Below, piece after piece: positions 26,584-37,537 of a stretch of DNA of 46,314 nt. The stretch is from Longimicrobiales bacterium (GTDB taxonomy: Bacteria; Gemmatimonadota; Gemmatimonadetes; Longimicrobiales; Gaopeijiaceae): the NCBI GenBank assembly GCA_048061375.1, contig JBGMRK010000003.1, positions 2,524 through 48,837 on the forward strand. Direction: 5' to 3'. The position numbers were made by a program, and so were the translations under genes. Within the stretch, counting starts at the first letter, position 1. Each line of letters begins with the position of its first letter. Under the pieces are notes generated by a model, which worked only from the letters and a program-made list of their open reading frames with translations, made no database searches and was not told the origin of the DNA.

Positions 26584-27297
26584 GTGAGCAGCATGTCGCA
26601 AAACAGACTACGGTGGACAGGACTATCCCTCGCCGTCCTGGGGACGTTGGGAGCCATTTTGGTTCTGTGGATGGTCTTCTTCTGGGTCCCCACCGAACGC
26701 ACCATGGGGATCGCCCAGCGCATCTTCTACGTCCACGTGCCCGCGGCGTGGATCGCATTCTTCGCATTCGGGATCGTTGCTCTGTGCAGCGCCGTCTACC
26801 TGTGGCTGAAGGATGACCGCCTGGACATGGCGGCGTTGGCAGCCGCGGAGGGAGGCATGGTCTTCGGTACGATCATGATCCTTACCGGACCTCTCTGGGC
26901 GAGGATTTCCTGGGGAACATGGTGGACATGGGAGCCCCGCCTGGTGCTGACTCTCCTGCTATGGTTCATCTATTTTTCGTATTTCCTGGTGCGTAATGCC
27001 GCGGAGAACCCCGAGCAGGGGAAACGCTTCGCGGCTGTGGTAGGGATCATCGGTGTGCTCGATATTCCTCTTATCCACATTAGCGTTACGTGGATGCGAT
27101 CGCTCCATCCGAAGCCGGTGGTTCTCAAGCCCGAGGGCCCCTCGCTCGACCCCGAGATGCTCATCACGCTGATGGTGGGGCTAGCCACCGCGACGTTGCT
27201 TTTCCTGGGACTCTTCCTGATGCGCTACACTCTGGAGTGCCTCAAGCGCGAAGTCGATCAACGGCAGACCGGCACGCAAGCCGCTCAAGGAACCTGA
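26584..27297 (+). CDS. ccmC: heme exporter protein CcmC
   Basis: W-rich motif WGTWWTWEPRL in a polytopic protein. The start is GTG 26584 or ATG 26593. Confidence 0.9.
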   Translation: MSSMSQNRLRWTGLSLAVLGTLGAILVLWMVFFWVPTERTMGIAQRIFYVHVPAAWIAFFAFGIVALCSAVYLWLKDDRLDMAALAAAEGGMVFGTIMILTGPLWARISWGTWWTWEPRLVLTLLLWFIYFSYFLVRNAAENPEQGKRFAAVVGIIGVLDIPLIHISVTWMRSLHPKPVVLKPEGPSLDPEMLITLMVGLATATLLFLGLFLMRYTLECLKREVDQRQTGTQAAQGT

Positions 27298-27299
27298 CC

Positions 27300-27521
27300 A
27301 TGACCAAGATCATCCGTGCCTGTCTGCTCGCGGCGGCCATCCTGGGCATCTCATCCCCCGCGCTGATGGCTCAGGGCACCGACCTCGCATCGCAAACTCT
27401 GGGACGGGCCTACTGGCACGTGTTCGCCGCGTACGCCGTCGGCTGGATCTTGGTTCTCGGGTGGGTGATCAGCATCGCCCGACGCTTGGCCGGCGTCGAG
27501 CGAGCCATGAAGGGCGACTGA
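27300..27521 (+). CDS. ccmD: CcmD-like small membrane protein with N-terminal signal-like segment
   Basis: The ATG at 27300 lies 2 nt after the ccmC stop. The C-terminal half AYWHVFAAYAVGWILVLGWVISIARRL resembles the CcmD TM plus basic flank. The N-terminal MTKIIRACLLAAAILGISSPALMAQG looks like a signal peptide. Confidence 0.6.
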   Translation: MTKIIRACLLAAAILGISSPALMAQGTDLASQTLGRAYWHVFAAYAVGWILVLGWVISIARRLAGVERAMKGD

Positions 27522-27529
27522 CGACCATT

Positions 27530-28918
27530 TTGCCGACCGCGCTGCGGGGAGTAGCCGCGCTGGTCGTCGCGGTGGGGGCCGGCGCCCTCGAGGCGCAGTC
27601 CACGCAAATGCCGAGCACGTTGCGCTACGGCTCGGGCCTCCTGGACGTACCGGTCGCCACCGTCATACCACACCTTACGCTGGTCACGACCTTCTCCGGC
27701 TTTTGGACCAGCCACGACACCGAGATCCTGACCAATGACTTCGGCGTGCAGGTGGGGGAGCGCCCATTCGACGGTGCGTTTCGTAGCGACGCCTCCATCA
27801 CCCTCGGGCTGTTCGACCGCGTAGAGATCGGGACCTCCCTTCAGGCCTTCGAGGACGAAGCAGAGGGGGGCGACGTGGTGGGCGCATTCGGGCGGCTGCT
27901 GATCTTCCGGCCCGAAGTTCACGGCATCGGCCTCGCGGTGGGCGGTAGGTTCCTGACTACACCGGATTTCGGCGACGGTGTGGACCGCGCGCCCGGCCGG
28001 CTGGGTGGCGCCGACATTCGGATTCGGGACCCGATCGCAGGCGAGGACGTGGGCACCGAACGCACCGTGTACGCGGTGGCCAGCGCAACGCTCAGGGGGT
28101 TGGACTCCGACGGGCTCCCGCGCCACGACGTCACGGTTTCGGCGGGATGGGGCACGGGGATGTTTCAAGGGGGCGACCGGTTGCCGTGGTATGAGTTCGC
28201 CGACTCGGAGGGATGGTTCGGCGGCGTCGCTCTTCATGTCGAAGTGGGCGAGCACCGCCTGCTGAACCTCATCGGTGAGTGGAACGGCTTCGACGTGAAC
28301 CTGGGCGCCCAACTGGACCTGGGCGGGCTGCGCGTCGGAGCGTATGTGCTCGGCGTGAACTACGCGCAGGACGTATCCATTTACCGCAGCACGAAGTTCG
28401 GCATCCTCGGATCGGTAGCCCTTTGCCTCCCTGAGTTGGGAACGTGCAGGCCCAAGCTACTAGAGCGCCCGGCACCCAACATGATCCAACTGCCTGCTCC
28501 GCCGCCGGACACGGTGGAGGTGAGTCGCACCGGGCCGCCGCCGCTGGGCACGGGGCGGTCCACCGAAATCTGCTTGGCTTCGGGCGTGGCCATCGACGTG
28601 CTCGTGCTCGCCACGGGTGACACGCTGGTCGGTCCGGACCGCGTGCCGCTCGATAACCTACGGCCTGGATTGGTCTTTGCCGGGACGTACGCCGATGGGC
28701 TCCCGTTCTATGAGGCTGGCGAGCCCGTCAGTCTGGAGGAGCGACGTTATGGGAAAGTGGGCGGGCTACTGGATCTCGCATGCGGAGATATGGTCCAGGT
28801 GGGGGAATTCGCCGGCGTCCCGCTGTTTGCGGAACGTGGAAGTACTCGCCCCCCCGACCGTCTATACGTGCCTGTGCGGCCTGGATTGTGGCACGGATAT
28901 GAGGCCGGCGGGCGTTGA
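27530..28918 (+). CDS. secreted hypothetical protein (beta-rich N-terminal part, globular C-terminal part)
   Basis: The proposed TTG start at 27530 gives the signal peptide (M)PTALRGVAALVVAVGAGALEAQS. The ATG-initiated ORF start at 27461 would overlap ccmD. No family was recognised. Confidence 0.55.
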   Translation: MPTALRGVAALVVAVGAGALEAQSTQMPSTLRYGSGLLDVPVATVIPHLTLVTTFSGFWTSHDTEILTNDFGVQVGERPFDGAFRSDASITLGLFDRVEIGTSLQAFEDEAEGGDVVGAFGRLLIFRPEVHGIGLAVGGRFLTTPDFGDGVDRAPGRLGGADIRIRDPIAGEDVGTERTVYAVASATLRGLDSDGLPRHDVTVSAGWGTGMFQGGDRLPWYEFADSEGWFGGVALHVEVGEHRLLNLIGEWNGFDVNLGAQLDLGGLRVGAYVLGVNYAQDVSIYRSTKFGILGSVALCLPELGTCRPKLLERPAPNMIQLPAPPPDTVEVSRTGPPPLGTGRSTEICLASGVAIDVLVLATGDTLVGPDRVPLDNLRPGLVFAGTYADGLPFYEAGEPVSLEERRYGKVGGLLDLACGDMVQVGEFAGVPLFAERGSTRPPDRLYVPVRPGLWHGYEAGGR

Positions 28919-28942
28919 GTGGCGCGACCAGGCCTCTAGAAC

Positions 28943-29368
28943 TCAGCTTTCTATCGAACCAGTCAGCACCCTGTTGGTGGCGTTCATCAGAGCCATCACG
29001 GCGCCCTTCGCGACATCACGCTCCTCCTCACACGTGAATGAGCCGGTGAGGCGGAGGGCCTCGCCATCGTTCTCTCCCCGCGCCGCAGCGATGATCACCC
29101 AGGTGTCGAACACGCGCACAGCCTTTACGCCGATCAACTCCAGCAGGAGCGAGCCGTTCGTGGCTGCTCCGAGGGCCTGGAGGGCGGCGTGGGCGGCTGC
29201 TCTGAGTTCGCCTTCCATCGTCTGTATGCCTTCTGCTTCTCCGGCGTAGACCACGCCACGCTCCCAACCGAACTGCACACGCGCGGTACAACGGCCATTC
29301 TGAAATTCCTCAAGACTGAACGACTCGAAGCGAAGGCGCTCCCGCTTCGGATCTGAAAGGGCCACCAC
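28943..29368 (-). CDS. hypothetical protein (about 141 aa)
   Basis: The GTG at 29368 is preceded by GGAGG at 5-6 nt, whereas the ORF-track start (TTG 29425) has no SD. Third-position GC is lower than in neighbouring genes. No family was recognised. Confidence 0.5.
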   Translation of the reverse strand: MVALSDPKRERLRFESFSLEEFQNGRCTARVQFGWERGVVYAGEAEGIQTMEGELRAAAHAALQALGAATNGSLLLELIGVKAVRVFDTWVIIAAARGENDGEALRLTGSFTCEEERDVAKGAVMALMNATNRVLTGSIES

Positions 29369-29468
29369 AGGTCCCTCCGACGACTGGATATGAATGTGGG
29401 CGTGGGCCAATACGCTACTGATCAAAGATTTGCACGCCTGGAGCGAGGATCAAGTGAATCTTAGGAGA

Positions 29469-30797
29469 TCACGCCAGCCAGGCGGGCACGTCGGCAGGGT
29501 CGTCGACGTCCGTCAGTGTTTCGAGTAGCCGAACGTCGAGGCCGGCCGCGTTCGCCCGAGTGAGTGTCGATTCCAGCACTCCGTCAGTGCTCCACGGGAT
29601 TTCCTCGAAGAGCTCGGGATGCGGCTCGGATAGGGCAATGAGGTAATATCCGCCATCCCTCGCGGGTCCGAGCACGACGTCGGTTTCGCCGAGGGCTTCG
29701 AAGGCCTTAGACACCCGCGCCGCGTCTAGGTCAGGACTGTCGGTGCCTATTAGGCACACCCGGCGAGAGGTCTCGAGCGCATTTATGATTGCGGTGTTCA
29801 TCCGCTGGCCGAGGTCACCATCGCCCTGGGGCATCAATCGGGGTGAATCCCCCAGCCACGCCCTTATCGCCGGCAAGGCCTCGGCGGGTGAGTATACCAC
29901 CGCTGTTTCGAAATCACCGCCCCGCACGGCTTCGATGATGGCCTTGCCCATGCGGCGATAGAGCTCGGTGGCCCTCGCATCTCCCATTGTTCGCGCGAGT
30001 CGGGTCTTGACCTTGCCCGGAAGGGGAGCCTTGGCGAACACCAGAAGTGAGCGCTCGATAGGTCTGGCCGGGTTTCGGGTCGCGTAGGAAGCAGCCAGGC
30101 GTTCGGGTGACCCCCCAGCGAGGTATCGGACCACGAGCAGAGTGTTGCGGATCCAAGCTCGCCATCGCCCTTCCTCGTGATAGCGGCGGGGGCTCGTGAG
30201 TACCTCGGCTCGCAGGCGCCGGATCGGTCCGCGCTTGCGGAGCCGGTCGAGCAGGGCGACGTCCTCCATGAGCGGGATGACCGGATAGCCGCCCGCAGCT
30301 TGGAAGTCTTCGCCCGAGACGAGGAGTCCCTGATCGCCGTAGGCGAGCCCGGTCATGGTTTCTCGAATCTGTTGTCCGATCTCGATGAAGCGGCAGAACC
30401 ACTCGTCTCCCTCGAGCCGGAAACGGAAAACGGCAGGTGACGTGACCCCCTGTTCGACCTCGGAGGAAATCGCCGCCCTGGTCTCAACCGGGAGCCTGCA
30501 ATCCGCATGCAGAAACAACAGCGTGCTGCTCCGTGCCGCCACGCGGGCACCGACATTCAGTTGACGTGCTCGTCCGGGCGGCGCACTGACGACCTCGGCG
30601 CCCGCTGTGGACGCGACAGATGGGGTTTCGTCCGTGGACCCGCCGTCCACGACGATTACGCGGTGCGGGACCGAGAGTTGGGCCAGATCGCTCAGCAGGT
30701 AGGGGAGATGCTCCGCCTCGTTGAGGGTTGGGATGATGACTGCGAGCTCGAGCGGTGCCGCTCCCCTGCCGGGTTCGTCCGGCTTCACTTCAGCCAC
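29469..30797 (-). CDS. fusion protein: GT2 glycosyltransferase (TIGR04283-like) + DUF2064 (TIGR04282-like)
   Basis: The GTG at 30797 overlaps the upstream gene's stop by 13 nt. The N-terminal half has LAVIIPTLNEAEHLPYLL...VVDGGSTDET...FLHADC. The C-terminal half has LLVFAKAPLPGKVKTRLA...QGDGDLGQRM...LIGTDSPDL...VLGPARDGGYYLIAL. Confidence 0.8.
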   Translation of the reverse strand: MAEVKPDEPGRGAAPLELAVIIPTLNEAEHLPYLLSDLAQLSVPHRVIVVDGGSTDETPSVASTAGAEVVSAPPGRARQLNVGARVAARSSTLLFLHADCRLPVETRAAISSEVEQGVTSPAVFRFRLEGDEWFCRFIEIGQQIRETMTGLAYGDQGLLVSGEDFQAAGGYPVIPLMEDVALLDRLRKRGPIRRLRAEVLTSPRRYHEEGRWRAWIRNTLLVVRYLAGGSPERLAASYATRNPARPIERSLLVFAKAPLPGKVKTRLARTMGDARATELYRRMGKAIIEAVRGGDFETAVVYSPAEALPAIRAWLGDSPRLMPQGDGDLGQRMNTAIINALETSRRVCLIGTDSPDLDAARVSKAFEALGETDVVLGPARDGGYYLIALSEPHPELFEEIPWSTDGVLESTLTRANAAGLDVRLLETLTDVDDPADVPAWLA

Positions 30798-32200
30798 GAG
30801 ACGACTTTCTTGAGCACCTTTCCCGCCGGGCCGTCCAGGCGCGCGCGCTGGTACTCGCTCGCCGCCCGCTTGACGCCCTCGACCATCGTTGGGTAGGGGA
30901 AGATCGTATTCGAGATGTCCGCCAGCGTGAGCCCGTGCGTCTTTGCGAGCACTAGCGGTTGCAGCAGGTCTCCAGCGCCGTGCCCGAGAATCGTCGCACC
31001 CAGAATCTTGCCCTTCCGATCGGCCGAAATTCTCACGAAGCCGGCGGTCTCCGCATCCGTGATCGCTCGGTCGAGGTCGGCAAAATGGTAGGTGTAGGTC
31101 TGCCCTCCCAGCGCTTCCGCTTCCGCCTGCCCCATCCCCACATGGGCGATCTCGGGGTCGGTATAAGTGACCCACGGTACGTTGGCGTAGTCCACGGCGG
31201 TGTTGAGTGGGAGTAAGGCGTTGCGTAGCGCAGTCTTGGCCATGTAGTCGGCCACATGAGTGAACTGAAGTCCGCCAGTCACGTCGCCGGCTGCCCAGAT
31301 GCGGTCGCCGGTCGTCTTCAGGTGCTTGTCGACCCGGACCGCCGCACCGTCGAGCTCGACGCCGGCACGCTCGAGCTCCAAGCTGCCGGTGGCCGGCCTT
31401 CGACCCGTGGCTACGAGGATTTCGTCAGCGGCGAAACGCCTTCCGTCTTCCGTCGTCAGGCATTTCGCATCCCCATCCTTGTCGCCCTGCACGACCTTCG
31501 TCCCAAGCTCTATCGTGATGCCCTCCGCTCGGAGCAGGTCGGCCAGGGCATCCGCTACGTCGGGGTCCTCTTTGGGCAGGATCTGGTCCATCATCTCCAA
31601 CACGGTCACCCGGGCTCCCAGCCGGGCGAACACCTGCGCGAACTCCAACCCGATCGGTCCCCCGCCCAGAATCACCAGGCGCTCAGGGAGAGATTGTGTG
31701 TCGAAGACGGTTTCGTTGGTCAGATACCCGATGTCCGCCAGGCCGGGGATGGGAGGGGCGGTCGAGCATGCTCCGGTCGCGATCACGAAACGGCGCGAAC
31801 GTAGCCGGCCGACTCCTTCGACCTCGACTCGATGAGGGTCGACGAAGCGGGCGTTGCCGAAGTGCACGCCCACTCCCATGTCCCTGAAGCGCTCCGGATC
31901 GTCGTGGTGGGCGACGACTCCCCGGGCTCTCGTCATGCGCTCCATGACCTCTGAGAACGCGTGCACGGGGGCGGCACCGACAAGGCCCAACTTTTCGGCC
32001 TGGCTCATGGTGTGGGCGAGTCGGGCCGACGCGATCAGAGCCTTGGAGGGGACGCACCCGGTCCAGAGGCAATCTCCACCCAGGGCCGCACTCTCGACGA
32101 GTCCGGGTCGCGCGCCCAGGTAGGCGGCTCCGGCGGCGGTCACGAGGCCGGCGGTACCGCCTCCTATGGCGACCAGATCGTATTCGAGTTCTTTGCTCAT
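30785..32200 (-). CDS. FAD-dependent pyridine nucleotide-disulfide oxidoreductase (dihydrolipoyl dehydrogenase / mercuric reductase-like)
   Basis: Internal ATG at 32200. It has YDLVAIGGGTAGL and the redox-active disulfide GGDCLWTGCVPSK. The C-terminal dimerisation region contains HPT. Confidence 0.85.
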   Translation of the reverse strand: MSKELEYDLVAIGGGTAGLVTAAGAAYLGARPGLVESAALGGDCLWTGCVPSKALIASARLAHTMSQAEKLGLVGAAPVHAFSEVMERMTRARGVVAHHDDPERFRDMGVGVHFGNARFVDPHRVEVEGVGRLRSRRFVIATGACSTAPPIPGLADIGYLTNETVFDTQSLPERLVILGGGPIGLEFAQVFARLGARVTVLEMMDQILPKEDPDVADALADLLRAEGITIELGTKVVQGDKDGDAKCLTTEDGRRFAADEILVATGRRPATGSLELERAGVELDGAAVRVDKHLKTTGDRIWAAGDVTGGLQFTHVADYMAKTALRNALLPLNTAVDYANVPWVTYTDPEIAHVGMGQAEAEALGGQTYTYHFADLDRAITDAETAGFVRISADRKGKILGATILGHGAGDLLQPLVLAKTHGLTLADISNTIFPYPTMVEGVKRAASEYQRARLDGPAGKVLKKVVSWLK

Positions 32201-32362
32201 TCGGTTCTCGCGTAAACCGCTGTGGGTGGGTGGTGCTCTCGTCGGTGCATCAACCCGTCCGCCGGATGGGTAGTTCCCGGGTAGGACCTCCGGGAAACAG
32301 GCCCAGACACACATTCCGACGTCCCGGAAGGCTGCTTAAGATGGGGTTCGACCGGACCTCCG

Positions 32363-32403
32363 GCGAGAACACCCTTTCGCTTTATCTTCGGGTCGTGTAG
32401 AAT
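32363..32403 (+). promoter_or_regulatory. candidate recA promoter (-10 TAGAAT 32398..32403) with overlapping imperfect inverted repeat GCGAGA-N6-TTTCGC
   Basis: TAGAAT lies 36 nt upstream of the recA ATG. The inverted repeat at 32363..32380 matches at 5 of the 6 outer positions and sits where the -35 would be. Confidence 0.3.
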
Positions 32404-32439
32404 ACCCTTCAACGCACCGTCCAGAGCAACGAGGAAGCC

Positions 32440-33579
32440 ATGGCCACGGTTGAACCGACCAACCAGTCGAACGACAAGAAGCAGAAAGCCCTCAGCACCG
32501 CGATCAGCCAGATCGAGCGAGCCTACGGGAAGGGCTCGATCATGATCATGGGCGCCGATGGCTCCAGGATCGAGATCGACGTGATTTCGACGGGTGCCAT
32601 CAACCTGGACGCCGCGATAGGGATCGGTGGCATCCCACGGGGCCGGATCACCGAGATCTACGGGCCCGAGTCCAGCGGCAAGACGACACTGTGCCTCCAC
32701 ATTATCGCGAACGCCCAGCGGCAGGGAGGTATCGCCGCGTTCATTGACGCCGAACACGCGCTGGACGTGGGGTATGCCCGCAAACTGGGTGTGGACGTCG
32801 ACAACTTGCTGGTGTCCCAGCCGGACACCGGTGAGCAGGCACTCGAAATCGCCGAGGTGCTCATTCGCAGCAGCGCCATCGACGTGGTGGTCGTGGACTC
32901 CGTCGCGGCACTCGTTCCGCGTGCGGAGATCGAGGGCGAGATGGGTGACACACATGTAGGTCTCCAGGCCCGCCTGATGAGCCAGGCGCTCCGGAAACTC
33001 ACGGGTGCGGTGAACCGGTCCCAGACCTCGGTGATCTTCACCAACCAGATCCGCGAGAAGATCGGCGTCATGTTCGGCAATCCGGAGACCACGAGTGGAG
33101 GGCGGGCGCTCAAGTTCTACGCCTCGCTACGCATGGACATCCGTCGCATCGGCGCGATCAAGGACGGAGCGGACATCATCGGCAATCGCACCCGCGTAAA
33201 GGTCGTGAAGAACAAGTGTGCGCCGCCGTTCAAGCAGGCGGAGTTCGACATCCTCTACGACCGGGGGATCAGTCACGAATCCCTGCTTGTCGACATCGGC
33301 ACGGAGTTCGAGATCATCGAGAAATCTGGATCCTGGTACTCGTACGGGGACCTCCGTCTCGGGCAGGGCAAGGAGAATTCCAGGGAGTTCCTTATCGAGA
33401 ACCCCGACATCCTCGAGGAGGTGGAGGCTAGGGTCCGCATGGCTCTCGGGTTGACGGAAACCGGCGATTCGGCGCCCGAGGAAGCCGTCACGCAGGACGC
33501 GGATACGGGCGAGTCCGCCGAGGCCGTGAAGGTTGTGGGATCGACTGCGGACGAGGCGGCCCAGCCATCGGCGACCTAG
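32440..33579 (+). CDS. recA: recombinase RecA
   Basis: [10 protein letters not shown] and RecA-like sequence throughout. The protein is 379 aa, with an extended acidic C-terminal tail. Confidence 0.97.
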   Translation: MATVEPTNQSNDKKQKALSTAISQIERAYGKGSIMIMGADGSRIEIDVISTGAINLDAAIGIGGIPRGRITEIYGPESSGKTTLCLHIIANAQRQGGIAAFIDAEHALDVGYARKLGVDVDNLLVSQPDTGEQALEIAEVLIRSSAIDVVVVDSVAALVPRAEIEGEMGDTHVGLQARLMSQALRKLTGAVNRSQTSVIFTNQIREKIGVMFGNPETTSGGRALKFYASLRMDIRRIGAIKDGADIIGNRTRVKVVKNKCAPPFKQAEFDILYDRGISHESLLVDIGTEFEIIEKSGSWYSYGDLRLGQGKENSREFLIENPDILEEVEARVRMALGLTETGDSAPEEAVTQDADTGESAEAVKVVGSTADEAAQPSAT

Positions 33580-33607
33580 CTGATTAGGGAGTTCCCGCGA
33601 GGTTCGA

Positions 33608-33636
33608 GGCCCGGCGCTGCGCCGGGCCTTTTCTCG
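33608..33636 (+). terminator. rho-independent terminator after recA
   Basis: GGCCCGGCG-CTG-CGCCGGGCC forms a perfect 9-bp GC stem, followed by TTTTCTCGTT. Confidence 0.75.
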
Positions 33637-33741
33637 TTCGGAGCGTCGCCCGATTCGTGCCCCGTCCATCGTCGTGTTCTATTGGGCCGGATCATCCTTG
33701 ATCGTTATACTTTGGCCCCATGAACGTCCCAAGAGAGTACC

Positions 33742-36407
<2,666 letters not shown>

Positions 36408-36411
<4 letters not shown>

Positions 36412-36704
36412 GCGAGCTCTCCGACTGGATCGAAAGAAGAGACCCACCGGCTCCAGAGGCTTTCTTGCCCTGGCTGGATGCCCCGGCGGCGGAGCTGGAC
36501 GACATCCCGTCATCCTTGCTCGAGCGTGCGCTCGTGTCGTTGGACGAGGCGCTCGCCCGTCCCGGTCGGAGCAGGGTGGGGGCACTCCACCTGCTCGCCG
36601 CCGATGGTTTCCTCACCTACGCCTGTGAAGCAGCGACGGAAGCCGATGATGTCGGTGCTACGTTGAGAAATCTCCTGGAACGCGTCGCGGAACACGGCGA
36701 GTGA
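36408..36704 (+). CDS. acidic hypothetical protein (98 aa)
   Basis: ATGA overlap with the alaS stop, and GTGA/ATG overlap with the next gene. Third-position GC looks coding-like. No family was recognised. Confidence 0.5.
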
Positions 36705-37537
36705 TGGAGAGCATTCTCGGTGACTTGGGAGACCTCCACAGCCACCTGATCCCAGGTGTGGATGACGGCGCTCAGGCCGTCGAGGACGCCTTGGATGCCG
36801 TCGACCAAATGGTGCGCGCCGGCGTGCGCCGAATCGTGACGACCCCACACCTGGCTGCCGGCCTGATCGATGACTCGGACGAGTTCGAGGCGTATATGGC
36901 CGAGGTAGAAAAGGCTTGGCGGCAGGTGCACGCCTTGGTCTCCAGGCGATTCCCCGAGGTGGGCTTCCACCGGGGATTCGAGGTCGCGATCGACGCGCCG
37001 GATGCGGATCTCTCAGATCATCGCCTGAGAATGGCTGGTACGTCGTTCATGCTCATCGAGTGGCCCAGGCTCCACGTACCTCAGCGCACCGAGCGCGTGG
37101 TAAAGCGCATCCGGGAGACGGGGGTCAAGCCGATCATCGCCCACCCCGAGCGGTATTCTGGAATGGATGCAGAGTTGGCTGTGGTGGGCCTTTGGCGTGA
37201 CGCCGGGGCGTATATTCAGGTGAATCACGGGTCGCTGGTGGGTCGTTATGGCAAGTTCGCGCAACAGATCGCCATGGAGTTGCTCGAGAAAGGCTGGGTC
37301 GATTTTCTGTCCAGTGACTTCCACGCCCGCAGTGGCCTCAAGCCCTACATTCGTGAGTCTAGGGAAGCGCTCTCCGAAGTGGGAGCCGAGGAGCAGTTCA
37401 GGACGCTGACCGCTACCAACCCCGCCCGCCTGTTGACTGACGAGGATCCCATACCTGTTCAACCCCTTTTCGTGGCGCCGGGATGGTGGGATCGGGTCAA
37501 GGGGATGTTCGGGGGTAGCGGGAGGCGTCGGCCATGA
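36701..37537 (+). CDS. PHP-family (CpsB/YwqE-type) protein-tyrosine phosphatase
   Basis: N-terminal DLHSHLIPGVDDGA plus IAHPERY and SDFH metal-binding motifs. Confidence 0.8.
   Translation: MMESILGDLGDLHSHLIPGVDDGAQAVEDALDAVDQMVRAGVRRIVTTPHLAAGLIDDSDEFEAYMAEVEKAWRQVHALVSRRFPEVGFHRGFEVAIDAPDADLSDHRLRMAGTSFMLIEWPRLHVPQRTERVVKRIRETGVKPIIAHPERYSGMDAELAVVGLWRDAGAYIQVNHGSLVGRYGKFAQQIAMELLEKGWVDFLSSDFHARSGLKPYIRESREALSEVGAEEQFRTLTATNPARLLTDEDPIPVQPLFVAPGWWDRVKGMFGGSGRRRP

Noticed and set aside
32440-33579. RecA with an unusually long acidic C-terminal tail (about 379 aa in total).
   Set aside because: RecA C-terminal tail length varies widely among lineages. It is noted in the feature evidence but is not considered a distinct finding.
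33637-33741. Possible alaS promoter TTGGGC-N18-TATACT.
   Set aside because: It is a plausible but weak -35 with only a single occurrence. The evidence is not strong enough to list as a feature.
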